Assembly (NCBI GenBank): GCA_965649205.1
Contig: CBFGJV010000013.1
Span: forward strand, 10,566-74,565
Source of the DNA: a candidate division WOR-3 bacterium
GTDB lineage: Bacteria; Hydrothermota; Tepidihabitantia; Tepidihabitantales; Tepidihabitantaceae
Length of the DNA stretch: 64,000 bases
Reading direction: 5' to 3'
The translations under genes and the position numbers were made by a program. This document shows, in pieces, positions 48,838-58,722 of this stretch (positions are counted from its first letter, which is position 1; each line of letters starts with the position of its first letter). The notes under the pieces were generated by a model, which worked only from the letters and a program-made list of their open reading frames with translations, was not told the DNA's origin and did no database searches.

Positions 48838-49569
48838 CTAGATGTTTGTTCTTGCCGAGTCTGTATAGTCTGGCTCGGGTTCGTGTGCTTTGTGTCCTTC
48901 CATGTAGGCGTTGGCTATCGTGCTTGTGACCAGCTTGATGGCGCGCAGAGCGTCGTCGTTGCCCGGAATGGGGTAATCTACCAATTCCGGGTCGCCATTG
49001 GTATCTATCAGGGCTATAACTGGCACTTTCATGCGGCGACATTCGGCAAGGGCGGTTTCTTCTCTCACCGGGTCAACAATGAAGACTGCGCCTGGTAGGC
49101 GGTCCATGGTTTTGACCCCGGAGAACATCTTGGCCAGTTTGCGGTATTCGCGCTGCAGAAGCAGAGCTTCCTTCTTTGTGGCCCCGCCGAAGTCAGATTC
49201 CGCTATCATACGTTCCAGCTCTGTCATTCTCACGATACGTTTAGAGACTACTTCGAAGTTGGTCAGCAGACCGCCAATCCAGCGCTCGGTTATGTAGTAG
49301 GCACCGCAGCGTCTGGCCTCTTCTTCAATGATGGGGCGAGCCTGCTGTTTGGTACCTACAAAGAGCAGGTCCTGGCCGGACTCGGCGATATTTCGCACTG
49401 CATCGTAGGCGATACGAAGTCGTTCGAGAGTTTTCTCTAAGTCAATGATATAGATGCTGTTCTTCTTACCGAAGATGAATGGCTTCATCTTCGGATTCCA
49501 CTTGCGGGAACGATGGCCGAAATGCAGTCCGGCCTCAAGTAATGTTTTCAGGTCTAACGTTTGGTCCAC
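48838..49569 (-). CDS. rpsB: 30S ribosomal protein S2
   Basis: AGLHFGH, WNPKM, RWIGGLLTN, DTN, PGNDD. Confidence 0.98.
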   Translation of the reverse strand: MDQTLDLKTLLEAGLHFGHRSRKWNPKMKPFIFGKKNSIYIIDLEKTLERLRIAYDAVRNIAESGQDLLFVGTKQQARPIIEEEARRCGAYYITERWIGGLLTNFEVVSKRIVRMTELERMIAESDFGGATKKEALLLQREYRKLAKMFSGVKTMDRLPGAVFIVDPVREETALAECRRMKVPVIALIDTNGDPELVDYPIPGNDDALRAIKLVTSTIANAYMEGHKAHEPEPDYTDSARTNI

Positions 49570-49943
49570 TGGAAACGTTTCCTCCTTTTGGCAAGGCCAT
49601 ACTTCATACGTTCTTTTTCGCGCGGGTCTCTTTTCAACAGCTCCGCATCTTTCAGGGTCTTACGGAATTCTGGATTGGCTGCTACCAGTGCCCGGGCCGT
49701 GCCCAGAGCAACAGCATCAGCCTGCGCCGCCAAGCCCCCACCTGCCACCTGAGCACGCAGACCGAATTGGGAAAGAGTGTTGGTAGCATTGAGGGGAGCA
49801 AGGGCGTCTCGTACCAGATCGGCGCGACCGAAGTATTGCTCACAGGGTCTGCCGTTGACTGTTATTTCGGTGCTTCCGGGAACCAGCCAGACTTTCGCCG
49901 TGGCGGTCTTGCGGGAGCCTGTGGCAAAGTATGTTTGATTCAT
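49554..49943 (-). CDS. rpsI: 30S ribosomal protein S9
   Basis: TG.RK, GGG...QA, RDPR.KER.KYG...RK..Q..KR. Confidence 0.98.
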   Translation of the reverse strand: MNQTYFATGSRKTATAKVWLVPGSTEITVNGRPCEQYFGRADLVRDALAPLNATNTLSQFGLRAQVAGGGLAAQADAVALGTARALVAANPEFRKTLKDAELLKRDPREKERMKYGLAKRRKRFQWTKR

Positions 49944-50368
49944 AGTGTTATGGGTTTCGGGTTTTGGGCCTGGTGTTTATGCTCCGGTCCTGGGTAGATG
50001 TGCAGCCGGTTCATGCGGCGGGATTGCAGGCGGTTCTTGGGCAACATACGTTTGACGGCAAGTTCCAGAGGTCGGGTAGGAAATCGTGCTCGCATTTGAC
50101 CGTAGGTTTCTGATTTCAGTCCGCCGGGATACATACTGTGACGGTAGTACACCTTGTCAGTGACTTTCTTGCCTGTTACTACTATACCTGAGGCGTTTAC
50201 TACAACCACGTGGTCGCCTGCGTCCACGTGCGGGGTATAGGTAGGCTTATGCTTGCCCATCAGGAGCCGGGCAATGCGCGAAGCCAGTCTGCCTAGAACC
50301 TGACCGTTGGCATCAACCAGGTGCCAGTTGCGGGTAACTTCTTCTTTTTTAGCTACAAACGTTTTCAT
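49940..50368 (-). CDS. rplM: 50S ribosomal protein L13
   Basis: LGRLAS, GKHKP.YTPH.D.GD, HS.YPGG, MLPK; promoter TTGATT-N16-TATAAT (50464-50437). Confidence 0.98.
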   Translation of the reverse strand: MKTFVAKKEEVTRNWHLVDANGQVLGRLASRIARLLMGKHKPTYTPHVDAGDHVVVVNASGIVVTGKKVTDKVYYRHSMYPGGLKSETYGQMRARFPTRPLELAVKRMLPKNRLQSRRMNRLHIYPGPEHKHQAQNPKPITL

Positions 50369-50523
50369 TTACAACTTCCTTTTCGCATTCTGCAATACTG
50401 TCAAGGTGTTGACTCTGACCCTGACGATGAAGCCACATTATACGCATAATTGAGGTTGAATCAAGATGATAGTAGCATAAGGAGAAGATATGGGCCTAAG
50501 GCTCAAAGAAGGGGGAGGACAGC

Positions 50524-51486
50524 TTAGGTGTGGCGTGCAGGCGCCGCAGAACTGTGGGTTTCCAGCCATTGCAGAATCTCCGAGACGCGTCCGTAGGCTA
50601 GGCCGATACAAGTGTCCGCAGCACCATAATAAAGGTAGATGGTGTCACCATCCGCTCCCAGGGTATAGCCGCAGGGAAAGACTACATCGCTCACATCCCC
50701 CTGACGTTCGTAATCCTCCAGAGGACCGAATATCCACTCGTCGCCACGAGCTAGAACTCGACGGGGATCAGCATGGTCAAGCAGGGCTACGCCCAGTCGA
50801 TAAAGACAGCCGGCCGCAGTCTGACGGACACCGTGGTAGAGCATCAGCCAGCCGCGCGGTGTTTCCACAAGGGGAGGGCCTAGTCCTATCTTGTTAGCAT
50901 CCCACCAGGCACCGCGTCGGGCTGCCAGTAAGAGCTGGTGTCTGCCCCAGTGTACCAGGTCAGGAGATTCAGCCAGCCAGATGTCTGAACCCAGCCAGGT
51001 ATGCGGACGGTGCAACATCAACCAGCGGCCATTATAGCGTCTGGGAAGCAGGGCAGCGTCTTTGTCATCAGGAGGCATGACCACGCCCATGCGTTGGTAG
51101 GTGCGAAAGTCGGTGGTCAGAGCTAGGGATACGGCCGGCCCGGTTTCAGAGTAGGCCGTGTAGGTTACCGCATAGCACTGAAGTTCCTCCAGCCAGACAA
51201 TTCTGGGGTCTTCCACACCCCAGGTTTCCTCCGGGTAGTTTTCAGGGTCGGGGACCAGAGAAGGCTGGGGATCAATGTGCCAGTTGGAGATGCCGTCGGC
51301 AGAGCGGGCCACCCAGAGGCAAGAGATGCCCCGTCGGTCCTCCACGCGGCACAAGAGCAGGGTGGTACCATCAGGGAGTTTCACCGCACCGGGGTTGAAA
51401 ACAGCGTTTATGGTATGGGGCCAGTCTGCGGCAGTGAGTATCGGATTTCCCTCGTAACGTCGAAACAGCGGTTGCGGATTCTTCAT
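50524..51486 (-). CDS. GH130 glycoside hydrolase/phosphorylase
   Basis: NPIL, AVFNPGA, GVEDPRI, DKDA, YHGV, VVFPCG, YYGAAD. Confidence 0.92.
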   Translation of the reverse strand: MKNPQPLFRRYEGNPILTAADWPHTINAVFNPGAVKLPDGTTLLLCRVEDRRGISCLWVARSADGISNWHIDPQPSLVPDPENYPEETWGVEDPRIVWLEELQCYAVTYTAYSETGPAVSLALTTDFRTYQRMGVVMPPDDKDAALLPRRYNGRWLMLHRPHTWLGSDIWLAESPDLVHWGRHQLLLAARRGAWWDANKIGLGPPLVETPRGWLMLYHGVRQTAAGCLYRLGVALLDHADPRRVLARGDEWIFGPLEDYERQGDVSDVVFPCGYTLGADGDTIYLYYGAADTCIGLAYGRVSEILQWLETHSSAAPARHT

Positions 51487-53753
51487 CTGTGTTCGGTTCC
51501 TCCTACAGTTTCGGCATAGCGCATGCTGAGCAGAGCGGCAAGAAACGCCAGGGTCGACTCGGCTCCTTCATTGGCATTGACTCCCTCGGTGTGCAAGCCG
51601 TCGTGACATCCACCAGTGGCGTAGTCGTAAAGCGGTCGCCCCAAGTCATTGCGACCTAAGAACCATTCAAACGCCAAAGTCATCTTTTCCCGCCAGTGCC
51701 GTTCCCCCGTAGCGAGCCAGGCCCGCAGGCAGGCTTCAACGGTGCACTGGGCTTCTATGGGCTGCTGATCAAAACGGGGTCGCTGTCCGGTGCGATGCCA
51801 GCCGGTATTGGGAACCGGGGCAAAGTGCCCCCCAGGAGCGGTCTGGATTTTCACCAGCCAAGCAAGCGATTCTAGTCCAACTGAGAGCATTTCTTCGTTA
51901 CCCATATCCGCGCCGGCACGGATGAGAGCCTGACTCAGTCGCGCGTTAGCGTAGGCCAGCGACTGTTCGAACCAGGGCCAGTCGGGCGTGGCGTTTGCGC
52001 GGTAGAGCAGAAGCAGACGTTGAGCCAACGCTTCCCGGAAACGTCGGGCGGCGCTGGCTCCGGGAAACCGTTTGATATAGGAACAGGCGCCGAGCAGAGT
52101 GTAGGCCCAGGCGCGGGGGCTGGAAAACATTTCTACCGCCGGCAGAGCTGCGTCAAACAGGTTGACCGCCCGGGCCACTATGCCTTCGTCTGTGGCAGCG
52201 CCAATGGCCGAACCCAGACTCCAAAGCGCCCGTCCGTGGGCGTCTTCCGAGCCGGCCTGTTCCAGCCAGCGTCGGTCGTAGGAGAGGAAATTCCGAAAGC
52301 GGCCATTCTCGCGGTTGAAGGCAAAGTCAACAAAGGCTAGATACCTGCAGGCCAGACGCCGCAGAAGCGCAGTATTCCGTTCCAGCTGCCAGGCACGCAG
52401 GGTGACAATCAGGGCCCGGCCATTGTCGTCGGTAGTGTAGCCTTCCTGCAGATTGGGTATGGTGTTGCGCGCATGCTGGATGATGCCGGTGTCATCAGAG
52501 AGTATGAGGAGATGGTGCAGATTGAGTTCCGGCAGTTCCATATCCAGCGGGTCTTCCACCGGAATCCGGTCCACATAGACCGGTTCTCGCAAACGTTCTT
52601 CTGCCGCACGCTGGAAGGTGTTGAGGTATTCGCGGGCCACTTCTTTCCAGACCATCTGGCGCCCGAAGGCATAGGCGCGCTTGCGCATAGCGTGCCGTTC
52701 TGCTTCGTTGGCAAACAGCTCTGTTACGGTTTCAGCCAGCGCTTCGGGGTCGCGGAAGGGAACAAGGCGGCCTCTGCCTTCGGCCAAAAGTTCCTCCGCG
52801 TACCAGTAAGGCGTAGATACCACGGCTTTGCCGGTGCCCAGAGAATAGGCCAGAGTGCCGGAGACTGCCTGGGCCGGATTCAGATAGGGCGTCACATAGA
52901 TGTCCGCGGCGCCGAGGAAGCGGCAGAGTTCATCCAGTTCTACGAAGCGGTTGTGAAATATGACCCGGTCGTGGACTCCGGTTTCGCGGGCCAGCCGTTG
53001 CAGGCTGATGCGATACTCTTCTCCTTTCTGGCGTTTGACGTGGGGGTGAGTGACGCCGAGCACTAGATATACCACGTCAGGAAATCTCTGACTGATGGCG
53101 GGCAGCGCCTGGATCATATTCTCGATTCCCTTGTTGGGGGAAAGCAGGCCAAAGGTGAGTATTACCCTGCGTCCTTCCACTCCGAACAGGTCCTTGTAAT
53201 AGTTCGGGTCAACAAAGGGCATATCCGGAATGCCGTGATGAATGAGGTCTATCTTCTCCGCAGGTACGGCGTAGATTTCCTCCAGAAACTGGCGGGAGCG
53301 TTCGCTCATAACCACGACCCGGTCGGACAGGCGGCATATTTCCGCAAGCACGTTACGTTGCTGTTCGTCGGGCTCCTTGAGCACGGTGTGCAGAGTTGAG
53401 ACCAGAGGCATATGCAAACGTCTCAGTGCCAAGAGAAGATGGCTGCCGGCCGGACCGCCGAAAATGCCATATTCGTGCTGCAGGCATACCAGGTCCACCC
53501 GGGTGATGTTCAAAAAATCCGCCAGCTGGCGGTATTGCTCGGCGTCGTTCTGGTTTACTTCAAACCGTACCCGTTCCGGATAGTCATAGCCTTCGTCAAT
53601 GTCGTTCATAGCCGCAACCAGGCATTCGGTGTCCGGCACTTCCTGGGCGACGGCTTCGCACAAATCAGTAGTAAAGGTGGCAATACCGCAGCGCCGCGGC
53701 AGGTAGTTGCCTATGAAAGCAATCTTGTGGAAAGAATGCTTGGTCTTGGTCAT
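51483..53753 (-). CDS. GT4 glycosyltransferase fused to a C-terminal helical (six-hairpin glycosidase-like) domain
   Basis: PRRCGIATFT, QHEYGIFGG, TFGLLS.NKG, SGTL, STPY; C-half GIIQHA, YTTDDN.RAL, FDQQP.E, N.GAEST. Confidence 0.9.
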   Translation of the reverse strand: MTKTKHSFHKIAFIGNYLPRRCGIATFTTDLCEAVAQEVPDTECLVAAMNDIDEGYDYPERVRFEVNQNDAEQYRQLADFLNITRVDLVCLQHEYGIFGGPAGSHLLLALRRLHMPLVSTLHTVLKEPDEQQRNVLAEICRLSDRVVVMSERSRQFLEEIYAVPAEKIDLIHHGIPDMPFVDPNYYKDLFGVEGRRVILTFGLLSPNKGIENMIQALPAISQRFPDVVYLVLGVTHPHVKRQKGEEYRISLQRLARETGVHDRVIFHNRFVELDELCRFLGAADIYVTPYLNPAQAVSGTLAYSLGTGKAVVSTPYWYAEELLAEGRGRLVPFRDPEALAETVTELFANEAERHAMRKRAYAFGRQMVWKEVAREYLNTFQRAAEERLREPVYVDRIPVEDPLDMELPELNLHHLLILSDDTGIIQHARNTIPNLQEGYTTDDNGRALIVTLRAWQLERNTALLRRLACRYLAFVDFAFNRENGRFRNFLSYDRRWLEQAGSEDAHGRALWSLGSAIGAATDEGIVARAVNLFDAALPAVEMFSSPRAWAYTLLGACSYIKRFPGASAARRFREALAQRLLLLYRANATPDWPWFEQSLAYANARLSQALIRAGADMGNEEMLSVGLESLAWLVKIQTAPGGHFAPVPNTGWHRTGQRPRFDQQPIEAQCTVEACLRAWLATGERHWREKMTLAFEWFLGRNDLGRPLYDYATGGCHDGLHTEGVNANEGAESTLAFLAALLSMRYAETVGGTEHR

Positions 53754-53844
53754 AAAGACTACTGGTTTGGCGGGCGATTATATACCGTAATCCGGCTGAC
53801 TGTCAAATGGAGGCAATGCTTTTTCGCAACAAACAAGCCAGTAA

Positions 53845-53926
53845 TGCCGAGGGGGGGATTTGAACCCCCACGGAGTTACCCACTAACTCCTGAGGCTAGC
53901 GCGTCTGCCATTTCCGCCACCTCGGC
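53845..53926 (-). tRNA. tRNA-Leu(CAG), CCA not encoded
   Basis: Acceptor GCCGAGG/CCTCGGC, anticodon loop CTCAGGA, long variable arm, GGTTCAAATCC; promoter TTGACA-N16-TATGCT (53979-53952). Confidence 0.96.
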
Positions 53927-54065
53927 AGCTTCGCAACGGCCAGAACGAGTAAGCATAGCCGTAAAGTGGGAAGTGTCAATATGTCCTGCAATCGGCAGGG
54001 CGGGGTTCTTTGCAGACCGGAGAGGAAGTTGACTTATGGGTGCGCATGGATATAGTTGTGGCCCG

Positions 54066-56486
54066 ATGGCGCAAGACGGAAATATAGTTCCAGTATATAT
54101 CGAAGACGAAATGCGTAAGTCCTTTCTGGACTACGCCATGTCGGTCATTGTCGCTCGTGCCATACCCGACGTACGAGACGGACTGAAACCGGTGCAGCGT
54201 CGCATCCTGTACACAATGTATGAGATGGGGTTGATGCCGAACCGGCCCTTTCGCAAATCGGCCTCGGTGGTGGGCGATGTGCTGGGCAAGTATCATCCCC
54301 ACGGAGATGTGGCGGTTTACGATGCGATGGTGCGGATGGCGCAGGATTTTTCTCTGCGCTACACACTGGTGTCAGGACAGGGCAACTTCGGCTCCATAGA
54401 CGGAGACGCCCCCGCCGCCTACCGTTATACCGAAGCTCGGCTTTCACCTCTGGCGGTGGAGCTGCTCACCGACCTGGAAAAGGATACTGTCAACTTTCGC
54501 CCCAATTTTGATGGTCGCCTGAAAGAACCGGAGGTTCTGCCTGCGGCTTTTCCTAATCTGCTGGCGAATGGGGCTTCTGGCATTGCGGTGGGTATGGCCA
54601 CCAACATACCGCCGCACAATCTGGGCGAACTGATTGACGGACTGGTGGCATTGATTGATAACCCGGATTTGGATGTGGCCGGGCTGATGAAGTATATAAA
54701 GGGTCCGGATTTTCCCACCGGTGCGACCATCATCGGCACGGAAGGTATCAGAGAGGCGTACGAAACCGGTCGAGGTAAGCTGGTGCTGCGGGGCAGGGTG
54801 AAGTTTGAAGAGGTGAAGGCGGGTCGGGACCGGCTGGTTATTACCGAGATTCCCTATCAGGTAAGCAAGACTGCGCTCATCGAACGCATTGCCGCACTGG
54901 TGCGGGAAAAGAAGATTCAGGGCGTGGCGGACCTGCGCGATGAATCGGACCGGGAGGGTATGCGCATTGTTCTAGACCTCCGGCGCGACACGTCCATGGA
55001 GCTGATATTGAATCAGCTCTACAAGCATACCGATATGCAGTCCACATTTGGCGTCACCCTCTTGGCTTTGGTGAACGGCCAGCCCAAGACGCTCAATCTG
55101 AAGCAGTTGCTGCAGAACTTTCTGGATTTCCGGCTGGAAACGGTTACTCGGCGCACCAAATTTGACTTAGCCAGGGCAGAGGAACGGGCGCACATTCTGG
55201 AAGGTCTGAAGATTGCGCTGAAGAATATTGATGCGATAGTGGAGCTGATAAAACAGGCCAAGGATACAGAGGCGGCCCGTGATGGTTTGATGAAGAAGTT
55301 CAAGTTGAGTCAGCGTCAGGCCGAGGCGATACTGGATATGCGTCTGGCCCGGCTGACCGGTCTGGAGCGCACCAAGATTGACGAGGAATACAAGGAGTTG
55401 ATAAAAGAGATTGCCCGGCTGAAGAGCCTGCTGGAGTCCCGCAAGATGATGATGGGCCAGATAAGGGCCGAGCTGGAGGAACTGAAGAAGAAGTACGCGG
55501 ACGAACGTCGGACCGAGATAGTAAAAGGAGAAGTGGAAGAATTCTCCATCGAAGACCTGATAGAGGAAGAGGATATGGCGGTTACGGTTACTCACCGCGG
55601 ATACATCAAGCGGATGCCGGTAAGCGTTTACCGGCGGCAGGGCCGGGGCGGACAGGGTCGGACCGGTGTGAGCGTGGCGGACGAAGATTTCGTGGAAGGT
55701 CTTTTTATTGCTTCCACGCACGACTACATGATGTTTTTCACGGACCGGGGACGATGCTATTGGCAAAAGGTTTACGAGTTACCGGAGGGTTCGCATGCTT
55801 CCCGGGGACGCTCCATAGCCAATCTGGTGGAAATGGGTAAGGATGAGGTGCTTACCTCTTACGTGGCAGTGCGGGAGTTCAGTAAGGATAAGTATGTATT
55901 TTTTGTCACCCGCAATGGCAAGGTGAAACGTACTACTCTGGAAGCGTTTGCCAATCCCCGGCGGAAGGGCATCATCGCCATGAAAGTGGACGAGAAGGAT
56001 GCGCTCATAGCCACCTTGCTGACTTCGGGCGATGATGATGTGTTGCTTGTGACCCGCGAGGGCCGGGCACTGCGGTTCCACGAGAAAGAGGTGAGGGATA
56101 TGGGGCGGAATGCGGCCGGAGTTCGGGGAATAAGGTTGAAGAAAGGTGATGTGGTGCAGGGCGCGGTGTTGTGTCGGCCCGACCGCATGCTTCTTGTGGT
56201 CTCGGCCAACGGATTCGGAAAGAGAACCGCCTTCGACCTGTTTCCTTGCAAACACCGGGGTGGTCAGGGGGTGATTGCCGCCAAGCTTATGGATAAGTCG
56301 GGCCGTCTGGCTACCGCCCAGTCGGTCAGTGAAAACTCAGAGGTAATCATTACCACCAAGCAGGGCGTGGTAATCCGTATCAAGATGTCGGACGTGCGCA
56401 AGTGTGGGCGTCCCACTACCGGCGTCAAACTGATGGAGGTAAAGAAGGGCGACGAGGTGGTGGATGTGGCTCTGGTCGAAGACTAA
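54066..56486 (+). CDS. gyrA: DNA gyrase subunit A
   Basis: [22 protein letters not shown], GyrA-box RQGRGGQG, C-terminal pinwheel repeats. Confidence 0.98.
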   Translation: MAQDGNIVPVYIEDEMRKSFLDYAMSVIVARAIPDVRDGLKPVQRRILYTMYEMGLMPNRPFRKSASVVGDVLGKYHPHGDVAVYDAMVRMAQDFSLRYTLVSGQGNFGSIDGDAPAAYRYTEARLSPLAVELLTDLEKDTVNFRPNFDGRLKEPEVLPAAFPNLLANGASGIAVGMATNIPPHNLGELIDGLVALIDNPDLDVAGLMKYIKGPDFPTGATIIGTEGIREAYETGRGKLVLRGRVKFEEVKAGRDRLVITEIPYQVSKTALIERIAALVREKKIQGVADLRDESDREGMRIVLDLRRDTSMELILNQLYKHTDMQSTFGVTLLALVNGQPKTLNLKQLLQNFLDFRLETVTRRTKFDLARAEERAHILEGLKIALKNIDAIVELIKQAKDTEAARDGLMKKFKLSQRQAEAILDMRLARLTGLERTKIDEEYKELIKEIARLKSLLESRKMMMGQIRAELEELKKKYADERRTEIVKGEVEEFSIEDLIEEEDMAVTVTHRGYIKRMPVSVYRRQGRGGQGRTGVSVADEDFVEGLFIASTHDYMMFFTDRGRCYWQKVYELPEGSHASRGRSIANLVEMGKDEVLTSYVAVREFSKDKYVFFVTRNGKVKRTTLEAFANPRRKGIIAMKVDEKDALIATLLTSGDDDVLLVTREGRALRFHEKEVRDMGRNAAGVRGIRLKKGDVVQGAVLCRPDRMLLVVSANGFGKRTAFDLFPCKHRGGQGVIAAKLMDKSGRLATAQSVSENSEVIITTKQGVVIRIKMSDVRKCGRPTTGVKLMEVKKGDEVVDVALVED

Positions 56487-56521
56487 AACCGGCACCGAAA
56501 CAACCTGCTTCTGCAATTTTG

Positions 56522-57517
56522 ATGGACTGCGCTGACGAAAAGGTCCGTCAGAATGAGTTCCGCCTGCTGGTGCGGGAGATTTTCCTGAATCTGCAACGGG
56601 CGCAGGCAGGGGACACTTTCAGTAACCGAGAGGGAGGGGGTATTGAACAGCAGCGGGACAAGAGACTGCAACTTCACCACTGTGCCAATTACGGGGCAGC
56701 TCTGCTGCTGCTTAGGGAAAAGTACAGGAAGACGATAGGGGGAGAGGAGCAGGCAAGAGAGGAAAAATTGTCAGTTCCCGGCTTGAGGATTCTGGAGTTG
56801 GGATGTGGTACCGGCGTGCTGTCCTTTGCGTTGGCACGGTTGATGCCGAAGAACTGGCAACTTACCGCCACAGATTACTCCCCTCAGCTTATCGCCCATG
56901 CCCAACATCAGTTTGCGCATGATCGCCTGCGTTTCGTACACCTGAACCTGAAAGAGTTGACGCCGGCGTTACTTGCCGGTTTTGATGTGGTGATGGCCCT
57001 AGAGGTTATAGAACATCTGCTGCCGAGCGAGGTGACACTTCTGCTCCGAACGCTATACACCGGGCTGCCGGCCGGAGCCTGTCTGGTGCTCAGCACCCTT
57101 GACCGTACGCCGTTTCCCAGACCTTTTTCAGGTTATGCGCCACATCAGGTAGAGTACAAATATGATTCTCTGGTTTCATTTCTGCATAATCGCCGGAACA
57201 ATCCGTTTGGACGGGCGCGGGTGATGCGACTTGTTTCTCCGCGTATTGCAGAAGAAGCGGTGAGAGCAGAGCAGAGAGGGGGGTATCTGGCTAACCGGGT
57301 GCAGAGATTGGCAGCAGGGTTGGCGAGCAGGTCGGAGGCGTTTCGGCGAATTTATGCCGGAATGGTCGCTCTTGGCTTTAGGCTTTATGCGAAGTTGCCT
57401 GCCAAACAGGATTTTGACCTGGATGGCTATGTGGGTTCGTTGGAGTTTATGCAGGAACCATCAGCAGAATGCGGCCAACATTCTTTTAGCCTTTTGGCCC
57501 TGCTGGAAAAGCTGTGA
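56522..57517 (+). CDS. Class I SAM-dependent methyltransferase
   Basis: ILELGCGTG, TDYS, FDVV.ALEVIEHL; start position uncertain. Confidence 0.85.
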   Translation: MDCADEKVRQNEFRLLVREIFLNLQRAQAGDTFSNREGGGIEQQRDKRLQLHHCANYGAALLLLREKYRKTIGGEEQAREEKLSVPGLRILELGCGTGVLSFALARLMPKNWQLTATDYSPQLIAHAQHQFAHDRLRFVHLNLKELTPALLAGFDVVMALEVIEHLLPSEVTLLLRTLYTGLPAGACLVLSTLDRTPFPRPFSGYAPHQVEYKYDSLVSFLHNRRNNPFGRARVMRLVSPRIAEEAVRAEQRGGYLANRVQRLAAGLASRSEAFRRIYAGMVALGFRLYAKLPAKQDFDLDGYVGSLEFMQEPSAECGQHSFSLLALLEKL

Positions 57518-58146
57518 AGGGGATTCTTTGATCTTGCATTTCGAGGAAAGGGAGAGGAACCGGGAAAGGAATCTGGCGGTTTCTGCGGGCAACAGCTTAC
57601 CATAGCTTACCGCATACTTCCGGGTCAAAAGTGGTGCAGATGCCTGTCCGGGTTTGCAAACAGACTCAGGGACAAAAAGGCTGCCTGTCTGACCCGGATT
57701 GAACTATTCGGCGGGCAGGACGAATAGCAGCAGGAAATACAAACCAGGTTGCGGAGTCGGAGGAACAGAAAGGCGCTTGCCGCAGGCTTTGACAAGTTGC
57801 CCTCAGGGTGGCCCGGGGAACGGTTGGGGGAGCTGGGGAGGGGGTTGTAGTGTAAAACGGAATAACTGACAGCAGGAAAAGAAGTTAGCCGCCGAAAGTG
57901 CCAGTCCGTGGGTAATGTAATACAGAACAGTATTATTCTTCAGGTGCGGATAACAGGATATTTTGATGGCCAAAAGTATGGTAGCTATGGTTGTTTCGTC
58001 GGAGCGAGTTTGTGCTGGTAGAAAAAGAGGGTCGGACAGTTTTTCCTACCAGCCGGACAAAGGTCAGGGCTGGCAGGCAATGCTGGTATTTGTCTGCTGC
58101 GCTTTTTTGGTTCTTGACTGAGATGGTGGTCGGTCTATAATCGGCC

Positions 58147-58722
58147 GTGCCTTCCGAAAAAGAAAAGCGTCCCGCGGCAAGTTCGGCTGCGCCAGCTTTT
58201 CGTAAGACAGGGGTAATTTCCACCCGGGAGTTACGGGAGTTTGGTTGTATTCCGTCCTTCTCTCGGCTGCGTAAGGGGTCGGTGGTGGTGGTGGAGTGTG
58301 TGGAGCATATTCCCTGTAATCCCTGTGCCAGCGCCTGTCCCCGACAGGCTATTACCATTACCGGCGGGCTGACAGAACTGCCCAGAGTGGATTTTGAGAA
58401 GTGTAACGGTTGTACTGTGTGTATAGCTCGCTGTCCGGGGCTGGCGATATTTGTGGTCAATTACAATTATTCCAAGACAGAGGCAACGGTAACACTGCCC
58501 TATGAAATGCTTCCCCGTCCAGTGGTGGGGGATAAAGTGGAGGCTCTGGACCGGTCGGGCAGGAATGTGGCGTTGGGCAGGGTGGTGAGAGTGCAGGATA
58601 CCAAAGCGCAGGATCGGTGTGCAGTGGTGACTGTGGCGGTGCCGAAGCATTTGTGGAATAAGGTGAGGAGCATAAGGGTCAGGAAACAGGGTGTGGAAAG
58701 CAGCGCCCCAGGGAGGAAATAG
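58147..58722 (+). CDS. 2x[4Fe-4S] ferredoxin-like subunit (proline dehydrogenase/sarcosine oxidase complex type)
   Basis: EC...IPCNPC..ACP, C.GC..CI..CPGLAIFV, TLPYEMLP.P; promoter TTGACT-N16-TATAAT (58114-58141). Confidence 0.85.
   Translation: MPSEKEKRPAASSAAPAFRKTGVISTRELREFGCIPSFSRLRKGSVVVVECVEHIPCNPCASACPRQAITITGGLTELPRVDFEKCNGCTVCIARCPGLAIFVVNYNYSKTEATVTLPYEMLPRPVVGDKVEALDRSGRNVALGRVVRVQDTKAQDRCAVVTVAVPKHLWNKVRSIRVRKQGVESSAPGRK

Noticed and set aside
54066..56486. parC, or an anomaly because gyrB is not adjacent
   Set aside because: The GyrA-box is present, and separated gyrA/gyrB genes are common.
57933..58460. Long antisense ORFs here and opposite groEL, pnp, gyrA and the his genes
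   Set aside because: Shadow frames of well-supported genes in GC-rich DNA.
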